Positions 48,598-57,571 of a stretch of DNA of 60,941 bases are shown piece by piece. The position numbers and the translations under genes are program-made. The stretch lies in the NCBI GenBank assembly GCA_047622645.1, contig JBLHNH010000001.1, forward strand, positions 1-60,941, written 5' to 3'. The stretch's first letter is position 1, and every line of letters begins with the position of its first letter. The DNA comes from Flavobacterium sp. GTDB taxonomy: Bacteria; Bacteroidota; Bacteroidia; Flavobacteriales; Flavobacteriaceae. The notes below the pieces were generated by a model that did no database searches, was not told where the DNA came from, and saw nothing but the letters and a program-made list of their open reading frames with translations.

Positions 48598-49509
48598 TTA
48601 AAAATTTAATAAAATCCAATACCAAAAAGCTAAAGTTATAAATGATACAGGAATTCCGATTCCAACCATCATGCTACTTAGCTTTGGTTTTAACCCATAA
48701 GTTGAAGCCAAGATTGCTCCTGTTATCATTGGAGCCATTGCTGACTCTAAGATTGAAACATCAATAATTAAACCTGATGCTCCGAATACTTTCTTGTACA
48801 AAATAAAGAAAAAAACAGGTGTAATCATTAATTTAAATAATAAACCTAAAGTAAGAAAACCCCAATGTTTACTTTTTCTTTCAATTTTTAATTGTAATCC
48901 AACTGCAATTAGTGCAATAGGTGTTACTGTACTTCCAATTCTTTGAAAAACCGATTGAAAATCAACAGGAAAATCTACTTTAAAAATATTTAATGATATG
49001 GCAATTGCAAAAGCTAAAAATGGTGGAAATAATAAAATTTTCTTTACAATACCATTTGCATTTAACGTTTCTCTAGAAAATAGTGTTGCTACAATAATTC
49101 CAAAAGTTGCCATAACTACAAATGTTCCTGGTTGATCTATTACAATTGCTGTTTCAATTCCTTTTGAGCCATATAAAGCTTCAATAACCGGAAACCCAAC
49201 AAACGATGTATTTCCTAATCCAGCTGTTAAAATTAAACAACCTATCAACTTTTTGGACCAACCTAAATATTTTCCTAACGTATAAAAAAACAAAAATGAA
49301 AGTCCAAAACTTAACCAAGCAACACCTAATGGATATAATAAAGCTGTTGATATTTCAATTTTTGGAATATAATACAAAGCTAATCCAGGTAAGGAAACAT
49401 AAATAACAAACTGATTTAAAACAACATGCATATTCTTAGGCAAATTTTTTGCATATTGAAAGGAAACACCTATTAACAAACAGATGAAAATTAGAAGAAT
49501 ATTATCCAT
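48598..49509 (-). CDS. AEC (auxin efflux carrier) family transporter
   Basis: VSLPGL, GNTSFVGFP, FPPF, LESAMAP; about 10 TMs. Confidence 0.88.
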   Translation of the reverse strand: MDNILLIFICLLIGVSFQYAKNLPKNMHVVLNQFVIYVSLPGLALYYIPKIEISTALLYPLGVAWLSFGLSFLFFYTLGKYLGWSKKLIGCLILTAGLGNTSFVGFPVIEALYGSKGIETAIVIDQPGTFVVMATFGIIVATLFSRETLNANGIVKKILLFPPFLAFAIAISLNIFKVDFPVDFQSVFQRIGSTVTPIALIAVGLQLKIERKSKHWGFLTLGLLFKLMITPVFFFILYKKVFGASGLIIDVSILESAMAPMITGAILASTYGLKPKLSSMMVGIGIPVSFITLAFWYWILLNF

Positions 49510-49609
49510 TAGATTTTTATGAATTACAAAGTTAAAAGCATTATTTGATTATTAAATGGAAATTTCTTTTTTTTCAAAAAAATCGTACATTTACAGAAAG
49601 AGACAATTT

Positions 49610-50695
49610 TTGAAAGACCAAACTAAAAAATCAGCCTTATCTGAAGTTAACGGAATCATTAAACCTAATTCGTTAAGCATTGCTGTGGCTAAAAGGATTC
49701 AATTAAAACGAAAAGTTATTCCGTCTGCCAATGAATTAATTGAAGCTATTAAAATCGGAAACAAAACCGCTTTAAGTAGAGCAATTACCTTAGTAGAAAG
49801 CATTAATTCTGAACATTTAGAACGAGCGAATGAAGTTATTAATGGTTGTTTACCTTATGCTAATAAATCTGTTAGAATTGGAATTACTGGAGTTCCTGGA
49901 GTAGGAAAAAGCACGTTTATTGAGGCTTTTGGAACCTATTTAACCTCAATTGGTAAAAAAGTAGCTGTTTTGGCTGTTGATCCAAGTAGTTCTATAAGTC
50001 ATGGAAGTATTTTGGGTGATAAAACTAGGATGGAAGAATTAGTTAAAGACGAAAATGCTTTTATTCGACCAAGTGCTGCTGGTGAAAGTTTAGGAGGCGT
50101 TGCTAGAAAAACTCGCGAAAGCATCATCTTGTGTGAAGCTTGTGGTTTTGATACTATTTTAATTGAAACTGTTGGTGTTGGACAAAGTGAAACGGCCGTG
50201 CATAGTATGGTTGATTTCTTTTTACTTTTAAAAATTGCTGGTGCAGGTGACGAATTACAAGGAATAAAACGTGGCATAATGGAAATGGCTGACACAATTG
50301 TAATTAATAAAGCTGATGGTGATAATATTTCGAAAGCTAAATTAGCTAAAGCTGAATTTAATAGAGCTTTGCATTTATTTCCTGCTAAAAGTAGTGGTTG
50401 GATTCCAAAAGTAACGACTTGTAGTTCATTTGAAAAAACAGGAATAGACAATGTTTGGACAATAATTTCTGAGTATTTTGATTTAGTAAAAGAAAATCAT
50501 TTTTTTGAAAAGAAAAGACAAGATCAAAGTCAATTTTGGATGAAAGAGACAATTAACGAACAATTAAAAAGCAACTTCTACAATGATCCAAAAATGATAA
50601 AATTATTAGAAGAAAATAAAAAAGCCGTGCAAAATAATGAGATTTCACCTTTTGCAGCGGCCAAGAGTTTGTTGGAGAAGTATTTTGAAAATTAA
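49610..50695 (+). CDS. meaB: Methylmalonyl-CoA mutase-associated GTPase MeaB
   Basis: GITGVPGVGKST, VDPSS, GDKTRM, ETVGVGQSE, GDELQGIKRG, NKAD. Start uncertain (TTG 49610 vs ATG 49556). Confidence 0.92.
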   Translation: MKDQTKKSALSEVNGIIKPNSLSIAVAKRIQLKRKVIPSANELIEAIKIGNKTALSRAITLVESINSEHLERANEVINGCLPYANKSVRIGITGVPGVGKSTFIEAFGTYLTSIGKKVAVLAVDPSSSISHGSILGDKTRMEELVKDENAFIRPSAAGESLGGVARKTRESIILCEACGFDTILIETVGVGQSETAVHSMVDFFLLLKIAGAGDELQGIKRGIMEMADTIVINKADGDNISKAKLAKAEFNRALHLFPAKSSGWIPKVTTCSSFEKTGIDNVWTIISEYFDLVKENHFFEKKRQDQSQFWMKETINEQLKSNFYNDPKMIKLLEENKKAVQNNEISPFAAAKSLLEKYFEN

Positions 50696-50720
50696 AATTT
50701 ACATTACTTAAAACATAAAA

Positions 50721-50948
50721 CTACTCTTCATAATTTTCCATTTCTTTATCATAAAATTCTCCAGCAAGCGTAATCAAATGTTCCATTTCTGATTCTAATT
50801 CGCGTTCGTCTTCTTCTTCAATATCCTCTAAAAATTCTACTTCGTCATCTTTTAAATTGATTAAAAAACGTGGATAATCTAAATGTACAATAAAGATGTC
50901 ATCTGGAAAATCTGTATTGTCTCCTAATATAAATTTTGGTCTTTCCAT
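50721..50948 (-). CDS. Small acidic conserved hypothetical protein
   Basis: PKFILGDN..IFIVHLDYPRF; last gene of the minus-strand run. Confidence 0.75.
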   Translation of the reverse strand: MERPKFILGDNTDFPDDIFIVHLDYPRFLINLKDDEVEFLEDIEEEDERELESEMEHLITLAGEFYDKEMENYEE

Positions 50949-50955
50949 TTTAATT

Positions 50956-51861
50956 TTATTTATCTGAAAGTATTATTGGTGTATTTTTGCCATTCATTAA
51001 AATCACTTTGGCATTTTGTGATTTTGCTATTTCTAACTGAGCTTTAATAGACTCATACTGCAATTGTTTATCCGTTAATCCAGAAGAAATAATTTTTTGA
51101 TAATCTGCGATTCCTTGAGCTTCTACTCTTTTACGTTCTGCTTCTTGCTTTTCTTTTTGCAAAACGAATGTCATTTTTTGCGCTTCTTGTTCTGCATTAA
51201 TTTTAGATTCAATTGTTGTTTTAACTGATTCAGGTAAATTAATATTTCTTATCAACAACTGTTCTAATATTAAGCCTCTACTTTTAAAATCTTTTTCAAT
51301 TGAATTATAAATTCGAGTTTGAAATTCTTCTCTTTTTGAGGAATATAAAGCGACAGCATCATAAAAAACAGCGTTGTCTCTTATTCTTGTTCTTGTGACA
51401 GGTCTTACAATTTTATCAGAATAATTAACACCTAGTTTTTTATAAATAACCGGTGCGTCTGAAGGTAATACTCTATACAAAACTGTTAAATCTATAATTA
51501 CTTCTAATCCATCTGCAGATAAAACTCTAATAGCATCATCACCTACTTTTGCTCCTTCTTCATTTAAAGCAGACATAGTATAATTTTGTGTCTGAATATC
51601 GAAAGGGGTAACATCTATTAATGGATTTACAATATGCAAACCACTTTCTAAAATAGTAGGTTTTACTTCACCAAACAAAGACTTTACACCAACTGTTCCT
51701 GCTTCAACTTGAACAAAAAGTGAAGATAAAACACCAATTAATACAATTAGAAGTCCTACATATTTTAGTGGAATTGCAATTTTATTTAAAGTTGATGTTT
51801 GAGATTTTAAAGCAAAACTTATTAGTATTAAAATTATCCCAAGTACCGCTGCTGCTATCAT
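50956..51861 (-). CDS. Prohibitin/SPFH (band 7) family protein
   Basis: N-terminal TMs, GLHIVNP, LSADGL, IESKINAEQEA, EAERKRVEAQG. Confidence 0.9.
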   Translation of the reverse strand: MIAAAVLGIILILISFALKSQTSTLNKIAIPLKYVGLLIVLIGVLSSLFVQVEAGTVGVKSLFGEVKPTILESGLHIVNPLIDVTPFDIQTQNYTMSALNEEGAKVGDDAIRVLSADGLEVIIDLTVLYRVLPSDAPVIYKKLGVNYSDKIVRPVTRTRIRDNAVFYDAVALYSSKREEFQTRIYNSIEKDFKSRGLILEQLLIRNINLPESVKTTIESKINAEQEAQKMTFVLQKEKQEAERKRVEAQGIADYQKIISSGLTDKQLQYESIKAQLEIAKSQNAKVILMNGKNTPIILSDK

Positions 51862-53234
51862 AATTGTTGATTTATTAATTTCTTTGTCAAATAATTAAAG
51901 CGAAGATACAAAAATATTGCTGCTGCAGTTAATCCTGCTAAAAGTCCTATCCAAATTCCAGCTGCTTTTAAATCAGTATAAATTCCTAAATAAATTGAAA
52001 TTGGAAACCCAATTACCCAATAAGCAACAAAAGTCATATACATCGGAATCTTAACATCTTGTAAACCACGTAATGCTCCTAAAACTACTACTTGTATACC
52101 ATCAGAAATTTGAAAAACTGCAGCTACTAATAATAATTGTCCTGCAATAGCTACTACTTCTGTGTTTTGTGCTAAATCGGTTAAACTATTCATATCAACA
52201 AATAAAGCAGGTAAAGATTTATGAAATAAAATAAAGAGTAAGGCAAAACTTATTGATAAAAGTGTTGCTAATAAAAACATAGACATCGCTACAATTCGTA
52301 ACTTCTTATAATCGTTTAATCCTTTTTGATTTGCAACTCGAATCATTGCTGCAACACTTAACCCCATGGCAAACATAAAGGTAAACGAAGCTAGACTCAA
52401 CGCAATTTGATTTGCAGCTTGACTTGTAGTTCCTAAATAACCAGAAAGTAAAATGGCTCCAGTAAACAAAGCAATTTCAAAAAACATTTGCAAGGCCGAT
52501 GGTGTTCCTAATCTAATTATTTTTATATTAACATCTCGCTTAATTTTCTTTAAATCAAAACCTTTAAAAAATGGATGAAATTTTTCTTTTTTATGCATCA
52601 CATAATGCATGTAACCTAACATAACAAAACGAGATACAATAGTTCCAATAGCTGCTCCAAGAATTCCTAATTTCGGAAAAATCCAAACTCCATAAATCAA
52701 TAAATAATTCAGAAATACATTGACCACATTTGCTAAAATGGTTGCCCACATTGAATATTTAGTTTCACTCATTCCATCAGCAAACTGCTTGTAAGCTTGA
52801 AAAATAATTAGTGGAACTAAAGAGAATGCAACAATATCTAAATAAGGCTTGGCTAATTCCACTACGTATTCTGGTTGGCCCATAAAAGCAATTAGTGGTT
52901 TTGAAAAGAAAATCAAGGTAAATAAAGCAAATCCTAAGATCGTACACAAATACAAACCGTGATGAAAAGCACTTCTTCCTTCTTCAATGTTGTGTTTTCC
53001 GTCTGCTTCTGCAACTAAAGGTGTTATTGCTGTTGAGAATCCTATTCCAAGCGACATTGCTATGAATACAAAGCTATTTCCTAAAGAAACAGCAGCTAAT
53101 TCAGCTGGTCCAATTTTTCCAACCATTACATTATCTACAATTCCAACAATAGTATGTCCTAACATTCCAAGAATAATAGGATAAGCTAACTTTAAATTAT
53201 AAGTAAACTCTTTGGTATAAGTAGATAAATTCAT
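51858..53234 (-). CDS. MATE family efflux transporter (NorM-like)
   Basis: DNVMVG, NYLLIYG..PKLGILGAAIGT, FQISDGIQ..GALRG. ATG 53234 downstream of TATCTTTG (53259-53252). Confidence 0.92.
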   Translation of the reverse strand: MNLSTYTKEFTYNLKLAYPIILGMLGHTIVGIVDNVMVGKIGPAELAAVSLGNSFVFIAMSLGIGFSTAITPLVAEADGKHNIEEGRSAFHHGLYLCTILGFALFTLIFFSKPLIAFMGQPEYVVELAKPYLDIVAFSLVPLIIFQAYKQFADGMSETKYSMWATILANVVNVFLNYLLIYGVWIFPKLGILGAAIGTIVSRFVMLGYMHYVMHKKEKFHPFFKGFDLKKIKRDVNIKIIRLGTPSALQMFFEIALFTGAILLSGYLGTTSQAANQIALSLASFTFMFAMGLSVAAMIRVANQKGLNDYKKLRIVAMSMFLLATLLSISFALLFILFHKSLPALFVDMNSLTDLAQNTEVVAIAGQLLLVAAVFQISDGIQVVVLGALRGLQDVKIPMYMTFVAYWVIGFPISIYLGIYTDLKAAGIWIGLLAGLTAAAIFLYLRFNYLTKKLINQQL

Positions 53235-53260
53235 TTGCAATTTCAAAGCGGCAAAGATAG

Positions 53261-54139
53261 TTAATTCTCACTACTTAATTTATCATGATACATTTTAATA
53301 TTTTCTTGTACTTCTTGATCTAATTCAGGATAATGAAATTCATATTTATTCAATTCATCTAAAATAGTTTTTGCAACGATGTATCTTGCAGTTTCTTTAT
53401 TATCAGCAGGAACAATAAACCAAGGTGCATGTTCTTTAGAAGTTTTATTTAAAATATCTTCATAACAATTTTGATATTGATCCCATAATAAGCGCTCTTT
53501 TAAATCACTTGGAGAAAATTTCCAATTGTGCTTTTCAGTTTCTAACCTTCTTAACAAGCGTTGGCGTTGTTCTTCTTTACTCAAATGCAAAAAGAACTTG
53601 AGAACAATAATACCATTTGAAGCAATATGCTTTTCAAAATCATTAATACTTTCAAAACGTTTTTCCCAGAAAGCTTCTGTTATATCTTCCATTTCATTTA
53701 TTTCAGGAATCTTTTCATTCATGATATAGTTAGGATGAACTTTCGTAATTAAAACATTTTCATAATGAGATCTATTAAAAACCGAAAACTTACCTTTTTC
53801 GGGCAAAGCAATGTAATGTCTCCATAAATAATCGTGTTCCAATTCATTAGATGATGGCGTTTTAAAACTATAAACCACAACTCCACGTGCATTAAATTCT
53901 TTAAAAACTTCACGAATTAAACTGTCTTTTCCGGCAGTATCCATTCCTTGCAGGCAAATTAAAACACTGTATCTGTTATGAGCATACATTTTGTCTTGCA
54001 CTTTGCTCAATTTCTCGCGAACCTTTTGCAAATGTTTTTCTTTCTTCTTCTCGGAAGTTTCTACATTTATAAATGTTGGAATTTCGCTTAATTTTATGGT
54101 TTTCGTTACTTTAAAGTCTTCAGATTTTAAGGATTTCAT
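53261..54139 (-). CDS. ppk2: Polyphosphate kinase 2 family (polyP:nucleotide phosphotransferase)
   Basis: LQGMDTAGKD Walker A, HDYLWR, FNRSHYE, KFFLHLSKEEQ, APWFIVPAD. Confidence 0.92.
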   Translation of the reverse strand: MKSLKSEDFKVTKTIKLSEIPTFINVETSEKKKEKHLQKVREKLSKVQDKMYAHNRYSVLICLQGMDTAGKDSLIREVFKEFNARGVVVYSFKTPSSNELEHDYLWRHYIALPEKGKFSVFNRSHYENVLITKVHPNYIMNEKIPEINEMEDITEAFWEKRFESINDFEKHIASNGIIVLKFFLHLSKEEQRQRLLRRLETEKHNWKFSPSDLKERLLWDQYQNCYEDILNKTSKEHAPWFIVPADNKETARYIVAKTILDELNKYEFHYPELDQEVQENIKMYHDKLSSEN

Positions 54140-54201
54140 ATGTTTTTGCTATTTTTTACAATTATATTTGTGACTAATAATTTAACTCGTTTTGTAAAAG
54201 T

Positions 54202-55023
54202 ATGGAAAAATTTCAATTGCAACTATTTTTTCAAATTATAGGAATTGGTTCAGCTTCTGGACTTTTATTTCACAATGATTTGCTTTATTTAATTTCAGAT
54301 AATAGTTCTTATTTGTATGAATATAAGATCGATTCGAATGAATTAAATAAAATTGCACTAATAGAAAATCCAGAAGAAAATATTCCTAAAAAAGACAAAC
54401 CTGATTTTGAATCAATCACCTTAGAGAGAAATAAAATTTTAATTTTTGGCTCTGGTTCTACTGAAAATAGAACTTTATTAAAAACATATCATACTAAAAA
54501 TAAAAAAATAAAGGAAAAAGACTTAAAAGAGCTTTATAATTCATTAAAAAACAAATTCTCCATCCAAAGTGACGAACTAAATATTGAAGGTGTCTTTTCT
54601 GTTAATAAAAAACGCTACTTATTTCAAAGAGGAAATTCAGAAAATGGTTCAAATGGAGTTTTCATAATTGATAAGGACAAAGAAATTGAAATAGAATTTC
54701 ATAAAGTAAAATTGCCTAAATTAAATAATATAGAAGCTTCTTTTACCGATGCAATTTTAGTCAACGAAACTATTTACTTTTTAGCAGCAGTTGAAAACAC
54801 AAATTCAACTTATAATGATGGAGAAATATTAGGTACATTTCTAGGGAAAATGAAATTGGCCGATTTTATAATTGAGGAAACTACATTGATTTCGGATAAA
54901 AACAAATTTGAAGGAATTACGCTTTATAAAAAAACAGAGAAGTCAATTGATTTTCTATTGTGCGAAGATAATGATACAGAAATTTTAAAATCTAATATAT
55001 ATAAACTAACTATTAATAAATGA
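54202..55023 (+). CDS. Beta-propeller-like hypothetical protein (DUF6929-like)
   Basis: SASGL, KPDFES, GSGS, LNIEG, FQRGN, KFEG, EDND motifs. Confidence 0.65.
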   Translation: MEKFQLQLFFQIIGIGSASGLLFHNDLLYLISDNSSYLYEYKIDSNELNKIALIENPEENIPKKDKPDFESITLERNKILIFGSGSTENRTLLKTYHTKNKKIKEKDLKELYNSLKNKFSIQSDELNIEGVFSVNKKRYLFQRGNSENGSNGVFIIDKDKEIEIEFHKVKLPKLNNIEASFTDAILVNETIYFLAAVENTNSTYNDGEILGTFLGKMKLADFIIEETTLISDKNKFEGITLYKKTEKSIDFLLCEDNDTEILKSNIYKLTINK

Positions 55024-55607
55024 ATCCAATTTTAAACCAAAACATCTTTTTAGTAAAAGAACATATCGGAATGTTCAAAGCATCGAACAATTTTGACATT
55101 TTAAATCCAGATAATGGCTCGCAAATGATGACTTGTAGAGAACCTGATTTAGGTTTTTTTACTAAAATATTTCGTTTTACAGATTACAAAAGAATGACAC
55201 CTTTTCATGTAGTGATTGCTGACAATCAAGGAAATAAAATTTTATCTGTAAAAAGAGGTCTAACTTTATTTCGATCTGATGTTGAAATTTTAGATGAAAA
55301 CAATAAATTATTAGGTATTTTTAAACAAAAATTCTTTTCATTTGGAGGAAAGTTTGAAATTCATGATGCTAATGATAGACATCTTTGCACGCTTCAAGGA
55401 AAATGGACTGGTTGGGAATTTAAGTTTACTAAAGACAATAAAGAATTAGCGCATGTTTCTAAAAAATGGGCTGGCATCGGTAAAGAATTTTTTACTAGTG
55501 CTGATAACTATGTTTTAGAAATTTACAATCATGTTCCACAAGATGATGCTATTAGGCCTTTAATACTTGCTTCTGTTATGTGTATTGATATGGTTTTTAA
55601 AGAGTGA
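55020..55607 (+). CDS. Phospholipid scramblase / LURP-one-related protein
   Basis: Tubby/scramblase-like motifs KKWAGIGKEFFTSADNY and MCIDMV; ATGA overlap with the upstream gene. Confidence 0.8.
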   Translation: MNPILNQNIFLVKEHIGMFKASNNFDILNPDNGSQMMTCREPDLGFFTKIFRFTDYKRMTPFHVVIADNQGNKILSVKRGLTLFRSDVEILDENNKLLGIFKQKFFSFGGKFEIHDANDRHLCTLQGKWTGWEFKFTKDNKELAHVSKKWAGIGKEFFTSADNYVLEIYNHVPQDDAIRPLILASVMCIDMVFKE

Positions 55608-55628
55608 TATATAAAAACTACAATTATT

Positions 55629-55668
55629 AAGCCTCAAAAGAAAGTCGTTTTTTTGAGGCTTTTTTTTT
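55629..55668 (+). terminator. Intrinsic terminator
   Basis: AAGCCTCAAAA...TTTTGAGGCTT followed by a T run. Confidence 0.85.
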
Positions 55669-55707
55669 GTTTATTTCTTAATTTTAAAAAAATAATCAAA
55701 GGCTTTC

Positions 55708-55736
55708 CAACCTTTTACAACTTTTTATACTCTTAT
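55708..55736 (+). promoter_or_regulatory. Possible ECF-type promoter upstream of the sigma gene
   Basis: CAACC (AAC core typical of ECF -35 elements), 15 nt, then TACTCTTAT. Pattern match only. Confidence 0.3.
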
Positions 55737-55846
55737 AATAAATAGCCTTTAGTATTTGTATAAAAAATTTACTTTAAATTAATAAGAATAGTACAAATGA
55801 CAAATTAAAAAAAATATAAACTTGCATTTGAAAGCACCCTTTTATA

Positions 55847-56380
55847 ATGGATGAAAAAATAATTATAGCATGCAAAAAAAATCAGCGAGAAGCTCAACGT
55901 TTATTATATGAACAGATGGCATCTAAGTTGTATTACACTTGCAAACGCTATCTCAAAAAAGAAGAAGAGATTGAAGAAGTATTGGCCGATACTTTTTACA
56001 TAATATTTACTAAAATAGAACAACTCAATGAACACAAAGCCTTTGAAGGTTGGGCAAGAAAAATTGCAGTCAATCAATGTTTATTGCAACTTAAAAAGAA
56101 TTTAAATTTCAATCTTTATTTGGAAGACACAAATATGCAATCGCAACCTTTTACTGATGAAGTAACGGATTTAGAAGAAGAAGATTTGTTAAAATTAGTT
56201 GAGAAAATTCCAGAAGGTTGTCGAACCATATTTAACTTGTTTGTTATTGAAGGATTTTCGCATAGAGAAATTGCCGAACAACTCAAAATATCAGAAGGAA
56301 CATCAAAATCACAATTAAACGTTGCTAAAACAAAATTAAAAGAATTAGTGAATACTTTTTACTATCAAAAAGCAAAATAA
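55847..56380 (+). CDS. ECF sigma-70 factor
   Basis: Region 2 (EEVLADTF, FEGWARKIAVN) and region 4 (IEGFSHREIAEQLKISEGTSKSQL). Confidence 0.93.
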   Translation: MDEKIIIACKKNQREAQRLLYEQMASKLYYTCKRYLKKEEEIEEVLADTFYIIFTKIEQLNEHKAFEGWARKIAVNQCLLQLKKNLNFNLYLEDTNMQSQPFTDEVTDLEEEDLLKLVEKIPEGCRTIFNLFVIEGFSHREIAEQLKISEGTSKSQLNVAKTKLKELVNTFYYQKAK

Positions 56381-56397
56381 TTAAAACATACATGAAA

Positions 56398-56460
56398 AGA
56401 TGCTGAAATAAATTCAGCATAAAATTCAGAATTGATGAGATTCTGAAATAAATTCAGAAT
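56398..56460. repeat. Two 23-nt palindromic repeats at period 40
   Basis: AGATGCTGAAATAAATTCAGCAT (56398-56420) and AGATTCTGAAATAAATTCAGAAT (56438-56460); 8-bp stems differing by one compensatory pair. Confidence 0.85.
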
Positions 56461-56462
56461 AA

Positions 56463-57419
56463 ATGAAAAACGAAGAAAAAATATATCAAAAAATAAAAAA
56501 CGCTTCTAACAAAAACGAAGAAATATCTTTTCCAGGAATGGATAAAGTGTGGAATCGTGTAGAAGAAAAACTCGACACCAAAATAATCAAGAAGAAAAGC
56601 GAAGTTTGGAAAAAATTAGCCATCGCAGCTTCTTTCTTATTATTTTTCACAGTTGGAATTCAATTATACACTACACAAAAAGAACTGAATCAACCTGTTG
56701 AACCAAAAATTAATATTGAACCTACAACTCAGCAAGTTCAAGATAATATTAAAAACACATTTGAAGAAGAAAAATCAGAAAGCTTTGAAAATACTTCAGA
56801 AGTAATCAGAAATCCATCAGAAATTCAGGCAAACAGATCAAAAGAAAAAGCAATTATTTCTGAAACAAAAACTGAAAGTTATGATGATGTTCCTGCAATT
56901 GTTAAAAAAGAAATGAAAAGTTCAGTAGCAGCTAAAACATCTTATGCAGCAGAAGAAATATCTGATGACATTCAAATTATCACACAAAAAGAAGCTGTGG
57001 AAAAAGGATATTATAATTCATCAAGTTCTACTAATGCTTTTTTACCAGGCAAAGGAAAAATATATGCTGCTCGTAGTTCTAACATGAAATATGAAGTACA
57101 AATAAATGAGAAAGAATCAAGTATTCAATCAAAAAGTGATCCTTTAGTTCTCATTGATGGGAATTTATCTGATAAAAAGAAAAAAGATGTTCGCGAAGAA
57201 GATTATGAAACTTATGTAGAATTAAAAAATCCTGTCTACATAATTAATGGCGAAGAATTTTCAGAAGAATCACTCTTTGGAGAAAAACCAACCAGTAAAT
57301 ATGCACCTTTAACTAATCAAAAAATAGATTCTATAAAAGTCTATTTACCAAAAGAAGCTATTCCAATTTATGGAAAAAAAGGAAACAATGGTGTAGTCCT
57401 TATTTCTATTAAAAAGTAA
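56463..57419 (+). CDS. Putative anti-sigma factor with C-terminal TonB-plug-like domain
   Basis: DKVWNRVEEKLD, WKKLAIAAS plus one TM, low-complexity linker, then PLVLIDG / NPVYIING..IDSIKV..AIPIYGKKGNNGVVLI. Confidence 0.75.
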   Translation: MKNEEKIYQKIKNASNKNEEISFPGMDKVWNRVEEKLDTKIIKKKSEVWKKLAIAASFLLFFTVGIQLYTTQKELNQPVEPKINIEPTTQQVQDNIKNTFEEEKSESFENTSEVIRNPSEIQANRSKEKAIISETKTESYDDVPAIVKKEMKSSVAAKTSYAAEEISDDIQIITQKEAVEKGYYNSSSSTNAFLPGKGKIYAARSSNMKYEVQINEKESSIQSKSDPLVLIDGNLSDKKKKDVREEDYETYVELKNPVYIINGEEFSEESLFGEKPTSKYAPLTNQKIDSIKVYLPKEAIPIYGKKGNNGVVLISIKK

Positions 57420-57503
57420 ACCTCAACAAATAACAAAGTCGCTAATTGCAAACACATAATCGTGTTAGCCTAAATGAAATCGCTTTTGTATTAACTAAAA
57501 AAA

Positions 57504-57549
57504 AGATGCTGAAATACTGAAATGAAACCAGTACAAGCAAATTCAATAC
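57504..57549. repeat. Degenerate third copy of the 56398 palindrome
   Basis: AGATGCTGAAATA (13-nt identity to copy 1), then CTGAAATGAAACCAGTACAAGCAAATTCA. Confidence 0.55.
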
Positions 57550-57571
57550 AACAACAATTAATAAATAAATT

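Noticed and set aside
56398-56460. Possible mini CRISPR array
   Set aside because: Only two 23-nt units with a 17-nt spacer that itself resembles the repeat; no cas genes or leader in the window.
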